64,000 nucleotides of DNA from the NCBI GenBank assembly GCA_027459745.1, contig DAIDHL010000002.1, positions 9,113-73,112 of the forward strand, in the 5' to 3' direction. A program made the translations under genes and the position numbers. The notes under the pieces were generated by a model that was given only the letters and a program-made list of their open reading frames with translations, was not told the origin of the DNA and ran no database searches. Origin of the DNA: Candidatus Levyibacteriota bacterium. GTDB lineage: Bacteria; Patescibacteriota; Microgenomatia; Levybacterales; UBA12049. Shown one piece after another: positions 39,437 to 50,300 of the stretch; within the stretch, counting starts at the first letter, position 1; each line of letters opens with the position of its first letter.

Positions 39437-42430
39437 TCAAGCAGCCAGGTATCTTTGGGTAGACTTCACAATAGGATTAAACTCATTAATTACTTCTTTA
39501 GCCTTTCCTGGTCTTCTTAACTCTCTCATCAAATCTAGACTAAATAGATGCAATTCCGTGATACGTGCTTTGCGACGTAACCAACGTATATGTTCAGTAT
39601 TAAAGGCATTTCCTGAAGGTCTGTTGTTCTGCAAATTATCTGGATCTCTAAATTCCCCCTCTGGTATCGCTCGTAAAGCAGTAATTACAGAACGATAAAA
39701 TTTAGACCCATATCTATGATCAATTCCATATTTAATACGATGGTTAAAAACCTGCCCAGCCACAATATTGAGAAAGATACTCTTTACTAATTCCTTTCTT
39801 TCCTTCTGCACTTTTTTAACGTCGATTTCATGCTCACCAAACATATTATAGACAGGTACTTCCTTCATTTTTCCAGTCAACCTATCATATTTTTCTTCCA
39901 TTTTCCAAAAAGGTTTGACATCCAATACTTCTCGTCCAAACATTGCCACTGCTAAAGGAACCTCCACATAGTAGAAAAAAGTATCATATTCCACGTGCCC
40001 TTCTTCATTTTTTACTATATTTCCATCGGCATCACGCTTGGGATAGCTTATCTCTTGCTGCATCTTATACTTCTGGGTAAAATCAGTTTTACCCCACGTA
40101 CTGTACATATTGTAGATTTTCTTCAGAATGTCATTTTGTACCTGTTCACCAAATTCTTTTTCTTTCAAGGTGAACTGTTTATCTCTATCATCGAAATGAG
40201 TATAGTCATCCCATTTTATCTCTTTTCCAGAACTGACAATGTCAAACACAGCAGCGGCATTTTTCAAATGATCACGAATATACTGTGTTTGTTCATTACG
40301 ACCGAAACTAAGATTTTCTGTTTGTTTTTTATAGTCTCGCTGAGCTTTCTCCTCCATTTTTCTCTTATCCTCTTCAGTTAAATTTTTATTGTCCTTACTC
40401 TTTTTTAATTTCCTCGTTGTTACATCAGCCGCCTCACGCAGGTGAAAAAATTCTTCTGCGATACTCGTACCACCATCTGTCGAAGAGGCCCAGAAGAAAG
40501 GCGTTGCAGTTTCGTTGAAAACATTTAGTGTGGTAATTGCTCCGGAATAACGCATACGTCCTCGTAATTCTCGTAACCGATTGCGTAAGGTACGAAACAT
40601 TTTGGAGCCACTGAAATTTCTCGATTCCACATCTAACATAGCCACAATCCCGGTCGTATAGGCAAAATTTTCAGCCATTAAAAAAGCAAAGCTTAAGTTG
40701 TCAGAATCAACGATATTTTTCTTTTGACCATTTTCAACGACATCTACCGTCAAATCATATCTTTTAGCTACCATTTCATTGATAATGTTACGTACAGCGG
40801 TAAAGATAATGTTATTTTTCTGAGGCGTGTTATATAGATTTACTAGATCTATCATATAACGATCGGGATTTTTCTTTGCATTTTTCCATTGACCATCAGT
40901 CTTTTCTAAATTTGCCAAAACTTTTTGTGGATCCTGATGCCTGGAGTCTTTTCTGACTACATTTATCACTTCTTTTTCCAGTTCAGAAAAATTAAGCAGC
41001 CTGCATCCTTCAGGATAAAGTGCTTCAAGACTCTGCCTATCACCCAGTGACATAATTGTTTCTACCATCAACAAAAATGCATAACCCATCTTATTATCAG
41101 ATTTCCTACGCACGATTCCTGTCTCAGGATCTTTATCAACTGCTGTTGTATAATTTTGGGGAAGAGTAGCTAAAAACTGCATTAAGCTGGTATCCTCGTC
41201 ATAAAAAGGATCTGTCAAACGATTTTCTGCATAATGCTTAGCTAACAATTCTACATATTGAGCGGGATCTCCACCCCCATTTTGGCGTATATCTACACCG
41301 TAGGTACGTATCAAAGTAGCTGCAAATAACTCCTTGGCAATTGCATTTCCCAGGCGGAACAGGCGATCATCCTCCTTGCCATTAACTCTCTTTTTTCCAA
41401 ACAATTTACCTTGTTTGATAACAGTTTCCACATATAGATTAACCTGACGTGCCCCAACCTGGAAAGAAAGCTTGTCGGGGAAACTCACTTGCGCAGTATA
41501 TGGAGATTCACTTGCATAAAAGTTTATACGCTCACGTACAAAACGCATCACGTTCTCCTCATTCACAGTAACATCGACTTCTTTACTATTGCCCTTTTTT
41601 CTTCTCGGTCGTTTAGATCCATCTCTGGCTATTTCCCACGAATTGACAGTTACTAAAGGGAATGTACCTTCTATATTTTCGTCATTTAAACCTTTACCAT
41701 TAGACCCCTTAGTTCCATCCTTGGCTCCCCATTTATATACATCTACACCTGTAGATAAGTAGTAAAATAACTCCTCGGCACTATCAAATGATTGCATTTT
41801 TTCCTGAGCCTTTAATTGACCTTCTACAATATCTGACTCATTATGCTCTGCTAATGGTATAGTTCCCTGAGATTGATTTTGATCTTTTTGCTGTCTAGCC
41901 CTTCGTCGTTGGGTTAATTCATCCACAGGCTCTGAAGGAGTTGAGGTCTCATCTACTTCAGCTGCAGATCCACCTCGACTCGTTAACCGACGTAGCAAGC
42001 CTGCAAAAGCTGTCTTGGCTTTTTGCAACTTCTCAACATTCTTACGTCTTCCTGCCCGTTCTTCATCACTTAGTTTTTCCTCAACCTTGGCTAGTAGCGG
42101 TTCGATGTCTGAAATCTGTACTTTATCTCTGCTGAGTGCTTTGATACGAATTTTATCAGCCTTTTCTTGAAAATCAATTGGTACCAGATCGGAAAGATCA
42201 TCTACACCACCTATGCGAAAAAACTCGCTTAAATCAGAATAGCTGATATTTTCTTCTTCCCGCCGGCTACGACGTCTGCGTAAAGTATCAATATCTACTA
42301 CTTGTCCATTTTGATCATTATCATCCATAAGTTTTCTCTCATTTCCAGCATAACCTACTAGAGAAGAGGGTGTCAAACCGTTTATGATCTCACTTTGTTC
42401 TAAAATATACTTTTCTACCATACTAGCCAA
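39437..42430 (-). CDS. large charged hypothetical protein (997 aa)
   Basis: Long ORF with no signal peptide, TM or recognised motif. Confidence 0.75.
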   Translation of the reverse strand: MASMVEKYILEQSEIINGLTPSSLVGYAGNERKLMDDNDQNGQVVDIDTLRRRRSRREEENISYSDLSEFFRIGGVDDLSDLVPIDFQEKADKIRIKALSRDKVQISDIEPLLAKVEEKLSDEERAGRRKNVEKLQKAKTAFAGLLRRLTSRGGSAAEVDETSTPSEPVDELTQRRRARQQKDQNQSQGTIPLAEHNESDIVEGQLKAQEKMQSFDSAEELFYYLSTGVDVYKWGAKDGTKGSNGKGLNDENIEGTFPLVTVNSWEIARDGSKRPRRKKGNSKEVDVTVNEENVMRFVRERINFYASESPYTAQVSFPDKLSFQVGARQVNLYVETVIKQGKLFGKKRVNGKEDDRLFRLGNAIAKELFAATLIRTYGVDIRQNGGGDPAQYVELLAKHYAENRLTDPFYDEDTSLMQFLATLPQNYTTAVDKDPETGIVRRKSDNKMGYAFLLMVETIMSLGDRQSLEALYPEGCRLLNFSELEKEVINVVRKDSRHQDPQKVLANLEKTDGQWKNAKKNPDRYMIDLVNLYNTPQKNNIIFTAVRNIINEMVAKRYDLTVDVVENGQKKNIVDSDNLSFAFLMAENFAYTTGIVAMLDVESRNFSGSKMFRTLRNRLRELRGRMRYSGAITTLNVFNETATPFFWASSTDGGTSIAEEFFHLREAADVTTRKLKKSKDNKNLTEEDKRKMEEKAQRDYKKQTENLSFGRNEQTQYIRDHLKNAAAVFDIVSSGKEIKWDDYTHFDDRDKQFTLKEKEFGEQVQNDILKKIYNMYSTWGKTDFTQKYKMQQEISYPKRDADGNIVKNEEGHVEYDTFFYYVEVPLAVAMFGREVLDVKPFWKMEEKYDRLTGKMKEVPVYNMFGEHEIDVKKVQKERKELVKSIFLNIVAGQVFNHRIKYGIDHRYGSKFYRSVITALRAIPEGEFRDPDNLQNNRPSGNAFNTEHIRWLRRKARITELHLFSLDLMRELRRPGKAKEVINEFNPIVKSTQRYLAA

Positions 42431-42572
42431 ATTTTAGGTTTGAAAAATAAGTGAAACTTGATATTCAAGTAACAAGAAGTTATCAGTAGGCTAACAATTG
42501 TGTAAATTGCCCAATTAAAAAAGATGTTAATCTATAACAAGTTTGAAGTTTAGTTTTCTAATCTATATCTAT

Positions 42573-43913
42573 TCAAGGAGTAAACTTAAAGCCCCTACCT
42601 TTCATGGTCATAATGTGAGTAGGCTGACTGGGATTATCTTCAATTTTTTTACGCAACCTGAGTATTAATTGATCCAAAGCTTGCTCTGTAACTCCTGATA
42701 TAGATTTGTTTTCTCCCCATACCACCTCAATAATTTTTTCTCTATCCACAATTTGTTCGGGATTTAACAAGAAGTATTTAAGTAATCGCAATTCGGATGC
42801 CGTTAAATCATCAGATAGAATTAAACTCCCCTTATGAATTATATTCTTATCAATATCCAATTCTATTTGATCTTTGCTGGCAATTAAAATATTAGAATTT
42901 TTACTTAAAAACTCACTAAAAAGCGGTATGGTTAATTTATTTTCTCTAACTAAGCCTATTTTCTCCAAGTACCGTTCAATATTTTGATTTTCCTCATTTC
43001 TATTTTTACCCAGTATCCACATTTGTTCCGATGGGCTAAAAACATTCCACAGTTCTTTCAACCCCCCTCTTATAGATGTCTGCTCAAGTAAAAAACTTAG
43101 CATTTGGGATTCTTTAAATTGCTCTTCCTTCACTAAATATGCTTCTGCCGCTAAACGGGTCAGCTTGCCATGCCCACTAGTTAAGCCAATAATTTCTTGG
43201 CGTACTTTGGAGGGGATGGTTTTCCCGGTAGCTCGTTCGATATAATCTAGGCGGAATTGTAATCCTGAAATATCTTTTAGATTTAAATATACTAGATGAC
43301 CAGCCAGAAACTCGTGGAAGTCGGAAAAAGTAACTGGCTCTATAAGCTCTTCCAGCGATTTGTTTAAGGAAAAAACTACGGAGAAACGATATTTAGCTCT
43401 ATTACGTAAAATACGCAGATTGGCAAAAAAAGCTGAAGTTAAATTAGGAATATAATCTTCAAAACGATCGAATAGGAACACAATTGTCATCTCTTCATCA
43501 ATAGCTAGATAATCAATTGCATGTTTTAAACCCTGAAAGAGTACCATTTCATCATTAAATGACAAACTTTCTTTGAATAGATTATTCACTTCCTCATAAA
43601 CATCCTCCATTTTACGCTGACGCAAAGATTCAAGTAGACTGAGAAACAAAAGTTTGGTAACTGAGAAAAGATTTTTTCCACGTAATTCAGAAAAATCAAC
43701 TAATACAAAATTAAACCATTTTTGGTTATCACCTAAATGACGTAGACGAACAAAGCGATTATACACTAATAAATGCAAGACTGTGCTCCTGCCTGCGCCT
43801 GGCAAACCTATAAGCTGACAGGAATTACCTTCTTTAATAAAAGAAAGGATTTTCTTGATTTCTTCAAATCTAGTTTCTTCCGGATAAAGCGATTCGAAGT
43901 GGGCAAGTTCCAT
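42573..43913 (-). CDS. AAA/STAND-like ATPase fused to an OmpR-type winged-helix DNA-binding domain
   Basis: GLPGAGRS (degenerate Walker A), VFLFDRFE, and LT..E..LL...R..I...VW...D..I.RLRKKIE.NP..P..I.T.KGRG. Confidence 0.8.
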   Translation of the reverse strand: MELAHFESLYPEETRFEEIKKILSFIKEGNSCQLIGLPGAGRSTVLHLLVYNRFVRLRHLGDNQKWFNFVLVDFSELRGKNLFSVTKLLFLSLLESLRQRKMEDVYEEVNNLFKESLSFNDEMVLFQGLKHAIDYLAIDEEMTIVFLFDRFEDYIPNLTSAFFANLRILRNRAKYRFSVVFSLNKSLEELIEPVTFSDFHEFLAGHLVYLNLKDISGLQFRLDYIERATGKTIPSKVRQEIIGLTSGHGKLTRLAAEAYLVKEEQFKESQMLSFLLEQTSIRGGLKELWNVFSPSEQMWILGKNRNEENQNIERYLEKIGLVRENKLTIPLFSEFLSKNSNILIASKDQIELDIDKNIIHKGSLILSDDLTASELRLLKYFLLNPEQIVDREKIIEVVWGENKSISGVTEQALDQLILRLRKKIEDNPSQPTHIMTMKGRGFKFTP

Positions 43914-44003
43914 ACTAAGATAAGTATATATGATCTCATAATTGGAAGCTAGTAGTTACATATGGACTTGCAATATTAAAAGCGTTTAGTCTACGATGAA
44001 TAT

Positions 44004-46478
44004 ATGAGAAAGTCCCTTTTAAATATTCCTTCTATACTTATTTTCTTTAGCTTGTTAGTTTTAATTCTTATATTGCAAATTCTGCCTATAAAAACCGCGC
44101 AGGCTGCAAGCGGCTCTTATGACTATATACCTGCAGGATGCCCTCAAGATCAATGGCATTATGATTCAAGTAAGAAAACCTGGACTAACGACAAAAGTAA
44201 TAATACAAATATGCCTGATACTTGTTATAGCTATGGATTACAGACACCAGATGAAGGCGGACAGATATGGCCACAAGATGGGAGCAAGCTACCAGATAAT
44301 ACAAGCCTGAATAGAGTAAATGGCACAGTCAATGCTAATGACAGGTATGTGAAAATTATAATTCACGGAAATTTTGTTTTAGGAGATCCCAAAAATGGTC
44401 AGTACGAAAGCTCTCTGAACGGTGCTTTCCATAACTTAAATAATGATTATTACTATTCCTTTGCTGTTGAAGATTCTAATGGAGGCATCCAACAAAATAT
44501 AATCTCCTTATTAAAATTCTGTGCTCCTAACTCTAACTCGGAAACTCTGGTAGATCTCTGTCTATATCACAATCATGGCGTTTCATATAGTGAAGATGGT
44601 ACCTATCCAGCTGATAATTCCTTTGGACAGCCAATATCAATTGACAAACAAATCCCAGATATCGGTACTGTAGTAAATCTAGTATCAAGTGCAGGCTATA
44701 AAACTAATGAACTTGTCTTTTACATACCAATTAAGAGCTCTAATTCCGATCTTACACTGAAAACTGTTCAATTTGCTGTTTGGCAAGGTAGTGACCCCTT
44801 AAAAAATATAGATGTATGGTGGAATAATATAATTGCACAAGGAAGTTTTGTAGTTGGAGCACAAGGTAGCGCAAGATTAGGTAGCCCAGGTATAGTTATA
44901 CAACCACGCGGAGGTGCGGCAACAGGTACTGAATATACTTATCAAACAGGTCAACCTATTACAGTTAATTTAACCAATGTAGATAATTCAGTAGGGTACA
45001 CACTTGGACTATACGATATTAGTGATCCCAATAATACTCAACATCTAGAAGACTTATGGAGTAATCAAAAATTAGACCAGAATATTAATATATCTAATAA
45101 TGATAGTACTCTTAGTAGTGGCGGTAAGAGCACGTATAACTCAACTAATCATACTGAAACATTTACTCTTACAGCAAATAACAATTTTACCCAAAACCCT
45201 GTAATGTTATGTCTCTTTCAACCAATAAATGGGAGTAGTGATGTGGGTTGTACTACCACTACAAATTTTAATAGTGCTAACGGCACATCTGGTGAAGGTT
45301 TTGCAACAAGCCATGGTTTTATTGTAACTACATTATCGCCCGATAAGGTCCAGTCTCCCACCCGAGCTGCCGGTGCGTCCGGAGATGTAAAATGGACTCC
45401 CCTGACTACTGCTGTTGGTATGTTCTTACCTTGCAACAATGACCCCAGTCTTTCTGCCGCAAATGCTCCTTCTGTTAAAAACCTCGGCACTAAAGGCGTT
45501 GACTCAAATCAATTTCTCTTTTCCGATGCCTGGAGTAATTTCCTTGCGGCAGCAAATTTCTTCTTTACCGGCCAATCGACCACACCACCTAACACAAATA
45601 GTAATCAACAGCTAGCTTATAACTCAACATCTTCACCTGAGTTTGCTTTGCAACCAGGCTCGGGAGTCAGTGGAAATGGAGGATTACAAGTCTATCCTAA
45701 TTCAGTTAAATATATGCAAGATTCATTGACTTTATATTTCACGACACCAACAAATGGAGTCAACGGAACATATAATATAAAAATAGAAAGAAATTCCGAT
45801 GCTGCATCAGTAGTAGACACCACAGTTAAGGCTTGTTCTAATCTAAAAGTTGGAGATACCTGCAGTATCCAAATACCAGTTAGTGATTTCCACAACATTG
45901 TAATTCCATACAATCAAAATGTTCCTTTTATAGTCAACATATTAGATAGTCAAATTGGTTTTGCTCAGTCTTTTCCAATTACAATGACCGGATATATTGC
46001 TTGTAATTACCCAGCAAGTACTTCTGACACACAAAATTTAAAATGTTATAACGGACAAACATGTGTAGATAATGTCTCCGGAAGTAGTCAAGGACATACC
46101 ACCGCAACATCAAGTTGTTCAAGCCCTGCTGCACCTAAATCCCCAGTAGGGACAAATCCTACAATCACTCCCACTATTGGTCCATTAGCTCCTTGTGTTG
46201 CTGTAGATACAGCTATGGGGAATATCAACACAGACCCAGTTGGGTTTATTCAGAGTTTATTTGGTATTTTGCTTAGCTTGAGTGGTGGAATAGCACTGTT
46301 GATTATCATCTACAATGGTTATCGTCTCATGATTTCCCGCGGCAACCCAGACGCCATCAAAAAAGCGCGTGAAGGTATTACCTCTGGTATCATAGGTATT
46401 ATCTTTGCTATCCTATCTATAGCCATATTACAAACCATTGGAGTCGATATTTTACATTTACCAGGATTTGGAAACTAA
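44004..46478 (+). CDS. large secreted Ser/Thr/Asn-rich protein with a C-terminal VirB2/TrbC-like pilin domain
   Basis: Signal peptide; C-terminal GGIALLIIIYNGY.LM.S.GNP..IKKARE.IT..IIG. Confidence 0.75.
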   Translation: MRKSLLNIPSILIFFSLLVLILILQILPIKTAQAASGSYDYIPAGCPQDQWHYDSSKKTWTNDKSNNTNMPDTCYSYGLQTPDEGGQIWPQDGSKLPDNTSLNRVNGTVNANDRYVKIIIHGNFVLGDPKNGQYESSLNGAFHNLNNDYYYSFAVEDSNGGIQQNIISLLKFCAPNSNSETLVDLCLYHNHGVSYSEDGTYPADNSFGQPISIDKQIPDIGTVVNLVSSAGYKTNELVFYIPIKSSNSDLTLKTVQFAVWQGSDPLKNIDVWWNNIIAQGSFVVGAQGSARLGSPGIVIQPRGGAATGTEYTYQTGQPITVNLTNVDNSVGYTLGLYDISDPNNTQHLEDLWSNQKLDQNINISNNDSTLSSGGKSTYNSTNHTETFTLTANNNFTQNPVMLCLFQPINGSSDVGCTTTTNFNSANGTSGEGFATSHGFIVTTLSPDKVQSPTRAAGASGDVKWTPLTTAVGMFLPCNNDPSLSAANAPSVKNLGTKGVDSNQFLFSDAWSNFLAAANFFFTGQSTTPPNTNSNQQLAYNSTSSPEFALQPGSGVSGNGGLQVYPNSVKYMQDSLTLYFTTPTNGVNGTYNIKIERNSDAASVVDTTVKACSNLKVGDTCSIQIPVSDFHNIVIPYNQNVPFIVNILDSQIGFAQSFPITMTGYIACNYPASTSDTQNLKCYNGQTCVDNVSGSSQGHTTATSSCSSPAAPKSPVGTNPTITPTIGPLAPCVAVDTAMGNINTDPVGFIQSLFGILLSLSGGIALLIIIYNGYRLMISRGNPDAIKKAREGITSGIIGIIFAILSIAILQTIGVDILHLPGFGN

Positions 46479-46481
46479 CAT

Positions 46482-46847
46482 ATGTTAAAAGATACCTTGC
46501 TAGCCCTTACTATTCCCGGCCCCAATAGCGGCACTACTAATATTACCCTACCCAATGCTGTAAGTTGCGGCAGCAATGGCTGTTTTAACACCATCATGCA
46601 AGGTATTGTTCAATGGCTGTTTGTCTTTGCAATTATACTTTGCCTAGCTTATTTAATCTGGGGAGGTATAGATTGGACCATGTCCTATGGGGATAAAACT
46701 AAAATACAGAAAGCTCGATTAAAACTTGTGTATGCCATCATAGGTTTATTTATTGTTTTCTTGTCATTCTTCATTATCAACCTAAGTGGTAAATTATTGG
46801 GGCTACCTCTCACCAATGTCAGCACACAAATAAATACTGCCCCATAA
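46482..46847 (+). CDS. VirB2/TrbC-like pilin
   Basis: LIWGG..W.MS.GDK.K..KAR..L.YAIIGL. Confidence 0.78.
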   Translation: MLKDTLLALTIPGPNSGTTNITLPNAVSCGSNGCFNTIMQGIVQWLFVFAIILCLAYLIWGGIDWTMSYGDKTKIQKARLKLVYAIIGLFIVFLSFFIINLSGKLLGLPLTNVSTQINTAP

Positions 46848-46868
46848 TTTCCTATATAATATGCCTGT

Positions 46869-48098
46869 ATGAGCAAATCATTATTTTACTGGTTAAGCGG
46901 GTCTATCTTGTTTATTTTGGCTGTAATTGCAATTATCGGACCCCGTACTCTCTTTGTCGATGTCAGTGAATATCACTGTTATGCGAGTTTATTTTGGACA
47001 GGGCATCTACAAAACAACCACCTCGAACAACAATACTGCAGACTTGACATCACCCACCTTCAACTGCACAAATACTCATTACCCCAAGAATATCCTTTCT
47101 TGAGTTTGGTGATTTTCTCGCTTCCTTTGCTTTCACCATTGGGTTACAGTCTTAGTTTTAGATTGCTGATGTTATTCTTTTTATTAACCATTTGGTGGTA
47201 TTTTTACAAAACCAAACAGTTTACTTCCGGTATAATTTTACTGCTATTTATTACGCTTGGTTTGAGCTCTGTGGCATTCAATCGTTATGACTTAGTTGCT
47301 TCGAGTCTAACATTTTTTGCCTTAATCCTGGCGAGTAAGAAAAAGTTTTGGTTAAGCTACATATTACTAGCATTGTCTACTTTCCTGAAAATTTATCCTT
47401 TATTTTTTATCCCTTTGGTTTTCATTTTGGAATGGCATAGCTTTAAGTCAAGCAGATTGCAATTAAAAAAATATTATCCTCTCTTATCAGGTCTTGTCGT
47501 TTTAACTATCCTTTTTCTGATATCTTTCAACATTAACGGTCCTCAAACTCTATCACCGTTAGCTTATCAGGTAGTACGGCCATTACAAATCGAGTCCACT
47601 CCTGCTTCAATATTCTTGTTATTTAGCGCAGGTAAAGTCTGTCTTAATCAATCTTTTGGCTCAATAAACCTAATGTCAGTTACTAACGGCCAGTGTCTGC
47701 CTAATTTGCTTAGCAAAAATCTAGAATTTTTTTTTAGTGGGTTAATGTTTATAAGTATCATCACTGTTTATATATCATGGTTTAAACGAAAAGTTATTTT
47801 TTGGCAAGCATGTATTCTACTACTCATAAGCTTAATTGTATTCAACAAAGTCTTAAGCCCACAATACTTTCTCTGGCTCGTACCATTCTTGGCCTTAAAC
47901 CGCAAAGGTTTTTCGTTAAACATATTTGTCTGGCTATTATTGCTTGGTTTGAGTTATATAATTTATCCTGTACTTTATTCTAGTCCACAGTTCCCACTTA
48001 GTTATATATTCTCTGTAATATTAATACGGAATATTTTATTATTTTCTCTCTATGTGTATACTTGGAAAGAAGCGGTTAGCACGCATAATAGTAAATAG
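46869..48098 (+). CDS. GT-C fold glycosyltransferase (GT87/DUF2029-like)
   Basis: D...Y, EYP, RYD, K.YP, R.LQ.ES, KV.SPQY..W. About 10 TMs. Confidence 0.75.
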   Translation: MSKSLFYWLSGSILFILAVIAIIGPRTLFVDVSEYHCYASLFWTGHLQNNHLEQQYCRLDITHLQLHKYSLPQEYPFLSLVIFSLPLLSPLGYSLSFRLLMLFFLLTIWWYFYKTKQFTSGIILLLFITLGLSSVAFNRYDLVASSLTFFALILASKKKFWLSYILLALSTFLKIYPLFFIPLVFILEWHSFKSSRLQLKKYYPLLSGLVVLTILFLISFNINGPQTLSPLAYQVVRPLQIESTPASIFLLFSAGKVCLNQSFGSINLMSVTNGQCLPNLLSKNLEFFFSGLMFISIITVYISWFKRKVIFWQACILLLISLIVFNKVLSPQYFLWLVPFLALNRKGFSLNIFVWLLLLGLSYIIYPVLYSSPQFPLSYIFSVILIRNILLFSLYVYTWKEAVSTHNSK

Positions 48099-48146
48099 AT
48101 AAATAAAATATAATTTACACTTAAATCTTATTCATAATTAGACTCT

Positions 48147-49670
48147 ATGCCAATTATTTTATTCTTTAAAAAGCATTTATATTTTTTATTACTTTTCATT
48201 TTTTTTCTTTTATATACCTGCGAAGGAATTTATCTGCTCGATCCTGATTTTGGTTGGCATTTGCGTTTTGGTGAGATAGTACTACAGGCTCACCGCATAC
48301 CATTCAAAGATATTTTTTCCTATACGATGCCTACTTATAATTTTATCAATCATGAGTGGCTTTCTGATGTCATTATTGCCTCGATTTACTCTTTAGCTGG
48401 CTTAGTCGGAGTAGCTATCCTTTTTGCTTTATTTGTCACAGCTGGTTTGGTATTTGCAGTTAAAATTGCCCGTGCTAAAGATCAACTGGGATTTTGGTTG
48501 TCACTGTTAACTATGTTGGCCATAACCACGGTGCAGTTTGCCGGTATTCGCCCCCAGGCCTTGAGCTGGACTTTTTTTATCGTCGTCTGGTATTTGCTTG
48601 ATGTAGTAAAAAACAGATCGCGTTTTATAATCTTGCCCTTAATCTTTCTATTCTGGGCTAATATGCACGCTGCTTTTGCCCTGGGACTATTTCTCTTTTT
48701 TGTCAGTGTCGTCAATGCATTAATTAAGCGTGATAAAGATAGCTGGTACTTTTTTCTATCGTTTCTGGTTGCTACAGGAGTTACTTTAATAAATCCCTAC
48801 GGAATTAAATTATGGCAGGAAGTTATTCTGACTTCCGCATCACCACAAATTTCCCAGGTAGAAGAGTGGACGCCTAGTTTTACGCACATAATATTCCCCA
48901 TGTGGCTATTTGTTGATTTTTCTTTAATCTTACTTTGGTTTAATCGTGCAGATATATCAAAAAAAAACATTTTCTTAATGGCAGTACTAGGTATACTTTT
49001 TGTTACCGGTATTCGCCAAGCTCCCCTATTCATGCTGTTTTTGTTACCTCTTACTATTGAAGCGGTAAAAACATTTATCGATCAGGCAAGAAAGTACCAG
49101 TTTGCTCTTAAGCGCTTGCGAATAGCTTCGGTGGTGATAGCCATCATTACTGTTATTTTTTGCATAGTTAGCCTATGGCCTTTGGAGTCCAGTATTTGGC
49201 AAAGTCGCTTAAACATCTCAAGAAGCATCAGCTTAATATATCCTTCTGGAGCTGTGGCATATCTCCGATCCCATCCTTTTTTAGGAAATTACTACTCTAT
49301 TTATAACTGGGGAGGTTACTTAATTTGGCAATTACCAAACAAAAAGGACTTCATCGACGGACGAATGCCTACCTGGATTAATCCTAATGCACCAAAAAAT
49401 GAGAGTCAGAATGCGTTAAAAGATTTTCTTAAAATTAATAATCCTTCTTCTCTGAATGCAATAATACATAAATATGATATAACCACCTTAATAATATCTC
49501 CTTTAAAATTAACTCCTCCTTCATGTTGGTTATTACAAAAGTGGTGCAACCAAGTTGTTGCACAAAAAAATAAACAAAATCTGCCCTTAATCCATTATCT
49601 GCGGGTCAATGGCTGGCATCAAGTGACCCATGATAAGGTTTCAATAGTTTTTCAGAAAAAGGACATATAG
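48147..49670 (+). CDS. GT-C-like polytopic membrane protein
   Basis: DPDFGWHLR.G, HEWL, RPQ, WAN.H, NPYG, I/V.EW, Y.WGGYL, FIDGR. Confidence 0.7.
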   Translation: MPIILFFKKHLYFLLLFIFFLLYTCEGIYLLDPDFGWHLRFGEIVLQAHRIPFKDIFSYTMPTYNFINHEWLSDVIIASIYSLAGLVGVAILFALFVTAGLVFAVKIARAKDQLGFWLSLLTMLAITTVQFAGIRPQALSWTFFIVVWYLLDVVKNRSRFIILPLIFLFWANMHAAFALGLFLFFVSVVNALIKRDKDSWYFFLSFLVATGVTLINPYGIKLWQEVILTSASPQISQVEEWTPSFTHIIFPMWLFVDFSLILLWFNRADISKKNIFLMAVLGILFVTGIRQAPLFMLFLLPLTIEAVKTFIDQARKYQFALKRLRIASVVIAIITVIFCIVSLWPLESSIWQSRLNISRSISLIYPSGAVAYLRSHPFLGNYYSIYNWGGYLIWQLPNKKDFIDGRMPTWINPNAPKNESQNALKDFLKINNPSSLNAIIHKYDITTLIISPLKLTPPSCWLLQKWCNQVVAQKNKQNLPLIHYLRVNGWHQVTHDKVSIVFQKKDI

Positions 49671-49725
49671 TCATAGATTTACCCCTTGACAAGTAAGTAT
49701 AATTTTAACTAGAGTATAAATAGAT

Positions 49726-50151
49726 ATGAAATTTGATTTAAGAAAACCGTTTATTTTCGCATCTACCACTGCCGTTATGGGCGCAGCTGCTACATTACCA
49801 GCTTTTGCAGGTAATAGTAATTATGTTGGAATCTGTCCAACAGGATCATTTGCAGGAGTATGTAATCCGAATATAAGCACTCTATTGGGCAGTGTTATCA
49901 ATGTAGTCTTCGTTATAGCTATTCTTATTGCCTTGTTCTTCCTTATCTATGGTGGTATTCGTTGGATCATTTCTCAGGGTAATAAAGAAAAGGTCAATGG
50001 AGCTCGAGATATGTTAATAGCTGCTTTGATTGGATTAATTGTCGTCTTCTTATCATATTTTTTGCTTGGTTTGGTTATACAATTATTATTCGGACAATCG
50101 ACACAGAATTTGATTAATTCAGTAACTTCTAATGGTATTTTTAATCATTAA
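49726..50151 (+). CDS. VirB2/TrbC-like pilin
   Basis: Signal peptide; LIYGGIRWI.S.GNKEKV..AR..L..ALIGL. TTGACA promoter at 49686. Confidence 0.8.
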   Translation: MKFDLRKPFIFASTTAVMGAAATLPAFAGNSNYVGICPTGSFAGVCNPNISTLLGSVINVVFVIAILIALFFLIYGGIRWIISQGNKEKVNGARDMLIAALIGLIVVFLSYFLLGLVIQLLFGQSTQNLINSVTSNGIFNH

Positions 50152-50300
50152 TCTCTAGAAATTTATCCAAATTTCAACAGATAAACGCCAATTTTGTTTA
50201 TATGTCCCTAACTCTAATTGGTTTGTAAATAAAATCTTGTGTTTTCCCTCAAATAAACCCTTCAATTGCATTTGTAGACAAAATCAGCTAGATTATTGCT

